IMG/VR virus record: IMGVR_UViG_2695420685_000013
Source: a virus
Taxonomy: Duplodnaviria; Heunggongvirae; Uroviricota; Caudoviricetes
Strand: one strand, 5' to 3'
DNA: 11,844 nucleotides
Shown here: piece after piece, positions 7,276-11,844 of the stretch
Numbering within the stretch: position 1 is the stretch's first letter
Layout: each line of letters opens with the position of its first letter
Position numbers and translations under genes: made by a program
Notes under the pieces: model-generated
Told to the model about the DNA's origin: nothing
The model's input: only the letters and a program-made list of their open reading frames with translations
The model's database searches: none

Positions 7276-8127
7276 ATCTCACACCTCCCGGAATCCCCGC
7301 TGAAGCCATCATTAATGCGGCATCATCCACCATGACATCCGCCACATCCGCAGACGATAAAATATCGCGCCCTCCGTCCCCACCGAACCGGACGCCTCCG
7401 GCAAGTCCTGCCGCTTTCTGCATCAGCATTTTGTCCTCATCCGGCCTCTCCACCTGCTCTTCCTCATGCCGGGGGACAAGCAGACTGAAATCAGAGGGAT
7501 GCATATCCGGATCGCAAAAAAACAGGCTGAGTACGGCGTACGTCAGCCCGGAAAAATGCATATCCAGCTGGGTATCCTGAAAATAATGCGTGCGGTAAAA
7601 ACGGTGCCAGTCGGCATATTCGGTGGATGTCATCCCGGCAAGCATGGCGCGCCAGTCGGGTCTCCCCATCTCACGCGCCAGTCTGAGGGCAAAGTTCAGC
7701 TCGCCGTCGAAGACTTTCCCGCAGAAAAATCATCATCAGTCAGCGTGTTATTTTTCGCCACTTCAGTAATATCAGTATCCGGACGAACAGCTTCGATCAT
7801 CCCGGACAGACACAACACCACGTCTTCCGCCCGGGCAATGGCATCGGCAGGCCAGGTGGTGAGCACTTCCTGCTCTATCTTCATCACGGCCTCATTCATT
7901 GACGGTGACTGCGTTTTCTGTGGATGGTTATGCCACAGGGACATCGCCACCAGAAACGCGCCGGTTCTGACGAGATCTTCCACGCTTACCTGCAGGTTGC
8001 CGCTGGATTCTGCCTGTTCTGCACGCCGTTTCAGGAGGGCAAGATGCTCGATACGCTGCAGCGCAGACAATTCGGAAAGCGTGACAGACACACCGTTATA
8101 TTCAAATTGTTCTGTTTTCAGAAACAT
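7256..8127 (-). CDS. T: Tail assembly chaperone G-T fusion made by -1 programmed ribosomal frameshift (G frame from 8127 to the slippery site at 7714-7720, then T frame to the stop at 7256-7258)
   Basis: Minus strand reads ...GCG GGA AAG TCT...; slipping -1 on G GGA AAG continues as VFDGELNFALRLAREMGRPDWRAMLAGMTSTEYADWHRF..., which is the six-frame ORF 7256..7669 and resembles lambda gpT. The site sits 5 codons before the G stop, as in lambda. Confidence 0.8.
7696..8127 (-). CDS. G: Tail assembly chaperone G
   Basis: Start placed at the internal ATG (8125-8127) giving MFLKTEQFEYNGVSVTLSELSALQRIEHLALLKRRAEQAES..., with RBS GGAGG (reverse complement of 8133-8137) just after the V stop. The longer six-frame ORF (to 8199) would overlap V. 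Confidence 0.9.
   Translation of the reverse strand: MFLKTEQFEYNGVSVTLSELSALQRIEHLALLKRRAEQAESSGNLQVSVEDLVRTGAFLVAMSLWHNHPQKTQSPSMNEAVMKIEQEVLTTWPADAIARAEDVVLCLSGMIEAVRPDTDITEVAKNNTLTDDDFSAGKSSTAS
7714..7720 (-). other. Slippery heptamer G GGA AAG (programmed -1 ribosomal frameshift site for G-T)
   Basis: Reverse complement of plus-strand CTTTCCC at 7714-7720; the same heptamer and position as the known lambda G/G-T recoding site. Confidence 0.8.
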
Positions 8128-8140
8128 GTATGACCTCCGT

Positions 8141-8893
8141 TTACCCTGCAGCGCCCGCTTCAGTAACGGTGACTTCAGCCACTGCGGCGAACTGACCATT
8201 TCCGCTCACCACAGGGATCTGCACCTTACCTGTCGCCACGCCGTTTACCGTAATTGTCATATCTTTCACACTAATGGTGGCTTTCGACGGATCGGCGGAA
8301 ACCGCTCTGAACGTCTTGTCTGTTGCACTTTCCGGCTCAAAAGAAACCGTCAGGGTGGTTGTTTTCCCTTTTGCCACCGTACCGGATGTCGGCGTCACCT
8401 TAATCGCACTGACCGGCGTAATTTTGCTGCGTTCTTCCGCTACAGAAGGTTTACCCACGTTAGTGACTTTCACCGTGCGGGTGATCACTTCTTTCGCCGT
8501 CACGGCCTTACCGATACTGCTGACCCAGCCACGAAACACATCCACCGTGCCATTCGGAAAACGGATTTTATAGGCCCGGACATCGCCGCTTTCAAACCAG
8601 CCTATAAGCCCTTTCTGGCCTTCCTCTCCCGGTTTCCAGGCCAGCGTAAAACTGGTATCACCTGCAGATTTCTGCCCCTGCCCGGTCGCGGTCCAGTCCG
8701 CGTCTTCATCATCCAGGTAGTTATCATCGTAGGATTCTGCCGTCATCTCGCCCGGCGTCAGATCCTTCACCTTAGCCAGTCGCTGCCAGTCATCGTCTGA
8801 CAACGGGTTTGCATAAGCATCACCCTTGCCGTTGTAAACCCACAGAGTGGTACCGGCACCTTTTACCGGCTCAAGGGGATTTGGTGTTGCCAT
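8141..8893 (-). CDS. V: Major tail tube protein V with C-terminal Ig-like domain
   Basis: 250 aa; [57 protein letters not shown]... resembles lambda gpV. C-terminal segment ...[40 protein letters not shown] looks like a Big_2-type Ig-like fold. Confidence 0.95.
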   Translation of the reverse strand: MATPNPLEPVKGAGTTLWVYNGKGDAYANPLSDDDWQRLAKVKDLTPGEMTAESYDDNYLDDEDADWTATGQGQKSAGDTSFTLAWKPGEEGQKGLIGWFESGDVRAYKIRFPNGTVDVFRGWVSSIGKAVTAKEVITRTVKVTNVGKPSVAEERSKITPVSAIKVTPTSGTVAKGKTTTLTVSFEPESATDKTFRAVSADPSKATISVKDMTITVNGVATGKVQIPVVSGNGQFAAVAEVTVTEAGAAG

Positions 8894-8900
8894 ATCGTCC

Positions 8901-9296
8901 TCACATCTCGTATGTAATGGAATAAGTCAGATCTGCAGAACTCCATAACGCCATATCGTCATCACGACGATACTCATAGCCCTGCGTAACCATCGTGGTA
9001 ATCAGTCCTGCCAGTGCCGGGATCGCGGTCATCGCCGGGTAAATCCGGCTTTCCATCCACTGATCGAGCTCTGAATCCGGTACCTGTGCCGGTAAAAACA
9101 CCTCAATATGCAGTGTGGCCCGCCAGGTATCTGCATCCAGCTCTTCACCGGTATACTCTGCATCCGTCAGATAAACCGCGATCGCAGGAAAATCCTCTTC
9201 GTCAAAAACAACGGGGCGACCATCAAACAGCGTCGCCCCGTGTTCATGCTGCTCGAGTGCATCCAGCACTGCGGCACGAATGTCAGTGTGTTTCAT
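8901..9296 (-). CDS. U: Tail terminator protein U
   Basis: 131 aa, the same length as lambda gpU; [54 protein letters not shown].... Start overlaps the Z stop (ATGA). Confidence 0.93.
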   Translation of the reverse strand: MKHTDIRAAVLDALEQHEHGATLFDGRPVVFDEEDFPAIAVYLTDAEYTGEELDADTWRATLHIEVFLPAQVPDSELDQWMESRIYPAMTAIPALAGLITTMVTQGYEYRRDDDMALWSSADLTYSITYEM

Positions 9297-9868
9297 CGTT
9301 TTATCGCAATCCTCAGTTGTTGTTTCAGCGCGTATGCCAGTTCTTTAGGCAGGCGTTCACGCCGGATACGGTCAACATTCTCATCAAATGCCTGTTTCAG
9401 TGGGGCCGCCATCGGGATTTTCACCACCTGAATGGGAAGGCGATTACGCTTTTTCCTTCCCTTGTCGTCATTGCCCTCCTTATATCTGGCCTGGGGAAGA
9501 CGTTGCATAACATGCCAGCGCCCATTATTTAATCGCTGGATAAATGCCCGCTGATAACGATGCTGACCGGCTTTGAGTATGCTGTTCGGACGACGCCCCA
9601 GCATTCTGATCCCCAGCTTAATCACAGGGAGATCACCGCGGTTAACGATAATTCTGGCATTCGGATTTCTGACCGTCGCCCGTTTCAGTCTGGACCGTTC
9701 CTTTACCAGTTTCCGTCTCACCCTGGTTTCCCGGGCAACCTGTGACGAAGACTGATTAATCGCCGTTGTGGCCACGCGGTTAATGGTCATTGCAGAAGCA
9801 GCCGGAATGGCGTTTTTACGAACCCGGCTCAGATTGTCAATCGCCTGATCAAGCCCTTTTATCGCCAT
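9293..9868 (-). CDS. Z: Tail completion protein Z
   Basis: 191 aa basic protein MAIKGLDQAIDNLSRVRKNAIPAASAMTINRVATTAINQSSSQVARETRVRRKLVKER... in the lambda Z position between FII and U. Confidence 0.88.
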   Translation of the reverse strand: MAIKGLDQAIDNLSRVRKNAIPAASAMTINRVATTAINQSSSQVARETRVRRKLVKERSRLKRATVRNPNARIIVNRGDLPVIKLGIRMLGRRPNSILKAGQHRYQRAFIQRLNNGRWHVMQRLPQARYKEGNDDKGRKKRNRLPIQVVKIPMAAPLKQAFDENVDRIRRERLPKELAYALKQQLRIAIKR

Positions 9869-9882
9869 AATTCACCCTGCGT

Positions 9883-10236
9883 TTATCGTCGCCGGTTAAC
9901 TGCGGGTGGTTGCCCACGGTTGAGCCAGAGATAACAGCTACCCCCGTCATCCGGAGAAACACGATCCACCCAGAATGTCTCACCATTAATGGTCAGCGTG
10001 TCACCACGCCGCACGGCACGAACCGTATCCGTCCGCACAAATAATGACGGGCTGCTTCCTTCAATACGGACCCCGCCACCGGCAAACCCCAGCGACTCCG
10101 GATCGTCAAAAACCCCCTGAACTTCGCTGCCACACTGTGCCCCCGAGGTGAACTGCGCACAGAGCCCCATCACTTCAACAATCGTTCTGTCCACCCCGGC
10201 AAGGGCAGCATCAAAGGAATTCTCAAAATCACGCAT
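9883..10236 (-). CDS. FII: Head-tail connector / head completion protein FII
   Basis: 117 aa, the same length as lambda gpFII; MRDFENSFDAALAGVDRTIVEVMG ... FWVDRVSPDDGGSCYLWLNRGQPPAVNRRR resembles lambda gpFII as recalled. Confidence 0.92.
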   Translation of the reverse strand: MRDFENSFDAALAGVDRTIVEVMGLCAQFTSGAQCGSEVQGVFDDPESLGFAGGGVRIEGSSPSLFVRTDTVRAVRRGDTLTINGETFWVDRVSPDDGGSCYLWLNRGQPPAVNRRR

Positions 10237-10597
10237 AAACGGCCATTCCGCTCCTGACCATGTCTTTTGCCACTGAGGGGGGCATCAGAATTACTCTGCC
10301 AGCATCAACATGCTCAACAGGCTCACCTGTTTCATCGTCAACACCGCACAGGTAAAAACACTTCAGAAGCCTGATACGTTCCAGAATACCAACGTCATCC
10401 TCACCGGTGTGCCTGCATGCCTGCTCATGAACGGTATCATCAACATCTGCGATTTCATTTTCCGAGGCGCAAACCTCCTCTTCCCACTCTGCCACACGCT
10501 GTGCGATATCCGCAGCACTCCCCGACATATCCGCCTCGCGCCCCAGCAGACCAGCCAGTTCACGAAGACGTTTCTGATTTTCTTCTTTTGTTGCCAT
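10229..10597 (-). CDS. FI: DNA packaging / head assembly accessory protein FI
   Basis: Start placed at ATG 10595-10597 (MATKEENQKRLRELAG...) with RBS GGGAG 8 nt upstream. The six-frame ORF start at 10645 is not an ATG and lies inside the upstream hairpin. Acidic protein in the lambda FI position; overlaps the FII start by 8 nt. Confidence 0.8.
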   Translation of the reverse strand: MATKEENQKRLRELAGLLGREADMSGSAADIAQRVAEWEEEVCASENEIADVDDTVHEQACRHTGEDDVGILERIRLLKCFYLCGVDDETGEPVEHVDAGRVILMPPSVAKDMVRSGMAVYA

Positions 10598-10612
10598 ATC
10601 CAGCTCCCTGTG

Positions 10613-10640
10613 AAAAAAACACGGGGGCATTTCGCCCCCG
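10613..10640 (-). terminator. Intrinsic-terminator-like GC hairpin plus U-tract between E and FI (minus-strand sense)
   Basis: Minus-strand RNA would read CGGGGGC-GAAAU-GCCCCCG followed by UGUUUUUUU (plus-strand 10622-10640 hairpin, A7 run at 10613-10619). It lies in the 51-nt E-FI intergenic gap. Confidence 0.6.
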
Positions 10641-10648
10641 CTCACGGA

Positions 10649-11677
10649 TTATTTCACCTGTACCACCACAAACTCATCCGGATCCGGCAGCACCATCAGC
10701 GGCGCGGACTGCGTCATGGTGAATTCACAGGACGGATCGCCCACGGTCAGCCAGTGTTTCGGGTAACGGGAAGAAGCCACCACTCCTTCAGACAACGCCT
10801 GTGCATCCTTAATGGCTCCATAGCAACGAATCCCCTCTGCTGCCGTATTCCCCAGCACCAGCGTGCCCTCCGGCAGATAACGTTTTTCGGTACCGTCCTC
10901 TGCCACATAAGACGTTTTCGCTACCACAATGGCCAGATCGCCGTAATACCCCTTGAAGGATACCACTGCGCCCAGATCTTTCACTGCCGTTTCGAGTTGT
11001 GAATTTGAGCCGCGACGGGTATCCATTTTTTCGCGGAAAAGCTTAAAGCCATTCAGCAGACGCCAGACGGTACCGTCCATAATGGCAATATTCACAAGAC
11101 CACTGGCCTGATCACAGAAAAGGTCGATATCATATGTCGGGTCGAACGTGTCACGATCCTGTTTTGACCACTCCTTACCGCTACCTTGTATGATGTTATT
11201 CTTCGTCGATCGGCCAAAATCGACTTCAATTTTCTCGAACTGGTCTCCTTCCATCGTATATTTGCCATACAGCACGGCATTCACCGCCTGCATTTCTTCC
11301 ACCTGCACAATAGCGTGCTCTTCCTGTTTGAGGTTATCAGTGATGATACGCAGACGACGGTAGGCCGGGTCGTTCAGCTGAGCCGGATCTTCACCGGGAA
11401 GGCGCTCAACCGCCTGCTGGTAATTAAATTCGTGTTTCGGCTTGACGTAGCCCGGACGCAACACGCGGGTTTCACCACCACGATGGCGCAGCACTTTTCC
11501 TTCAACGATCGGGGAGACATAGGCCGCCACCGGCGTTTTTCCGGTAATTTTGTCCAGCATCACCTCTTCGGTGTGGAAATTCACCGTACGGCGGAAAAAC
11601 AGCTCCAGAAACAGCGCACGAAATTTCACTTTTTGTTCGGTATAACCGAGTAACTGGCGGGTCGTAAACAATCCCAT
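10649..11677 (-). CDS. E: Major capsid protein E
   Basis: 342 aa; MGLFTTRQLLGYTEQKVKFRALFLELFFRR ... VSPIVEGKVLRHRGGETRVLRPGYVKPKHEFN ... AVNAVLYGKYTMEGDQFEKIEVDFGRS ... TRRGSNSQLETAVKDLGAVVSFKGYYGDLAIVV ... TMTQSAPLMVLPDPDEFVVVQVK is collinear with lambda gpE as recalled. RBS AGGAA upstream. Confidence 0.96.
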   Translation of the reverse strand: MGLFTTRQLLGYTEQKVKFRALFLELFFRRTVNFHTEEVMLDKITGKTPVAAYVSPIVEGKVLRHRGGETRVLRPGYVKPKHEFNYQQAVERLPGEDPAQLNDPAYRRLRIITDNLKQEEHAIVQVEEMQAVNAVLYGKYTMEGDQFEKIEVDFGRSTKNNIIQGSGKEWSKQDRDTFDPTYDIDLFCDQASGLVNIAIMDGTVWRLLNGFKLFREKMDTRRGSNSQLETAVKDLGAVVSFKGYYGDLAIVVAKTSYVAEDGTEKRYLPEGTLVLGNTAAEGIRCYGAIKDAQALSEGVVASSRYPKHWLTVGDPSCEFTMTQSAPLMVLPDPDEFVVVQVK

Positions 11678-11705
11678 AAATCAGTTCCTTTCATTCAGAA
11701 ATCAG

Positions 11706-11727
11706 TCAGGCCACCATGGTGGCCTGA
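11706..11727. repeat. Perfect palindrome TCAGGCCACCATGGTGGCCTGA in the D-E intergenic region
   Basis: Positions 11707-11726 are exactly self-complementary and the flanking T/A pair extends it to 22 bp. It lies 8 nt downstream (minus sense) of the D stop and upstream of the E RBS. Confidence 0.7.
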
Positions 11728-11734
11728 TAACGTG

Positions 11735-11844
11735 TTACGGCAGAGCCGCGTGACTCAGGGCTGTGCCGGCAAAGGCATTTGCCTTTTTGTGTTCATCCAC
11801 ACTGTCAGGCCAGCGGATTGCCTCCGTCGCAAAGGTCCCCGACT
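11735..11844 (-). CDS. D: Head decoration protein D, C-terminal part only (5' end beyond the window)
   Basis: Minus-strand translation of 11844 down to 11738 gives SGTFATEAIRWPDSVDEHKKANAFAGTALSHAALP, then stop TAA (reverse complement of 11735-11737). Resembles the lambda gpD C-terminus (...[32 protein letters not shown]) as recalled. Confidence 0.75.
   Translation of the reverse strand, partial: SGTFATEAIRWPDSVDEHKKANAFAGTALSHAALP

Noticed and set aside
8128-8199. N-terminal extension of G to a 167-aa ORF
   Set aside because: It overlaps the V C-terminus. The internal ATG at 8125-8127 has a GGAGG RBS and gives the lambda-like MFLKTE... start.
7466-8800. 444-aa plus-strand ORF
   Set aside because: Entirely antisense to V, G and T, which have clear lambda homology. 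Its composition is Arg/Cys/His-rich and low-complexity, with no RBS context. It is a typical spurious antisense ORF in GC-rich coding DNA.
10598-10645. FI start at 10645 as listed in the six-frame track
   Set aside because: The codon at 10643-10645 is not ATG and sits inside the E-FI terminator hairpin. The ATG at 10595-10597 has a proper RBS.
1-11844. Search for CRISPR arrays, defence systems, integrase, IS elements, tRNA/rRNA
   Set aside because: No regularly spaced direct repeats, no tRNA-like or rRNA-like segments, and no ORF with recognisable recombinase, nuclease or defence-system motifs were found. Every substantial ORF is accounted for by lambda structural homologues or sodC.

Overview
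This window is the late structural (head-to-tail) module of a lambda-like enterobacterial prophage, with one accessory gene and one broken gene; I do not find a convincing undescribed system. All structural genes are on the minus strand in lambda order: D (3' end only), E (major capsid), FI, FII, Z, U, V, G and G-T (with the GGGAAAG -1 frameshift site), H (tape measure), M, L, K, I, J. Two departures from the lambda template stand out. First, an ~850 bp AT-richer insert between I and J carries a plus-strand periplasmic Cu,Zn superoxide dismutase gene (sodC) with its own RBS and terminator hairpins, a classic moron / lysogenic-conversion cargo. Second, the J (host-specificity) reading frame breaks about 300 codons in, so J is not one intact ORF in this sequence. 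Secondary signals are an intrinsic-terminator-like hairpin between E and FI and a perfect 20-22 bp palindrome between D and E. I see no CRISPR array, integrase, IS element, tRNA/rRNA or recognisable defence system. All calls rest on hand translation and recall of lambda proteins; no searches were run.
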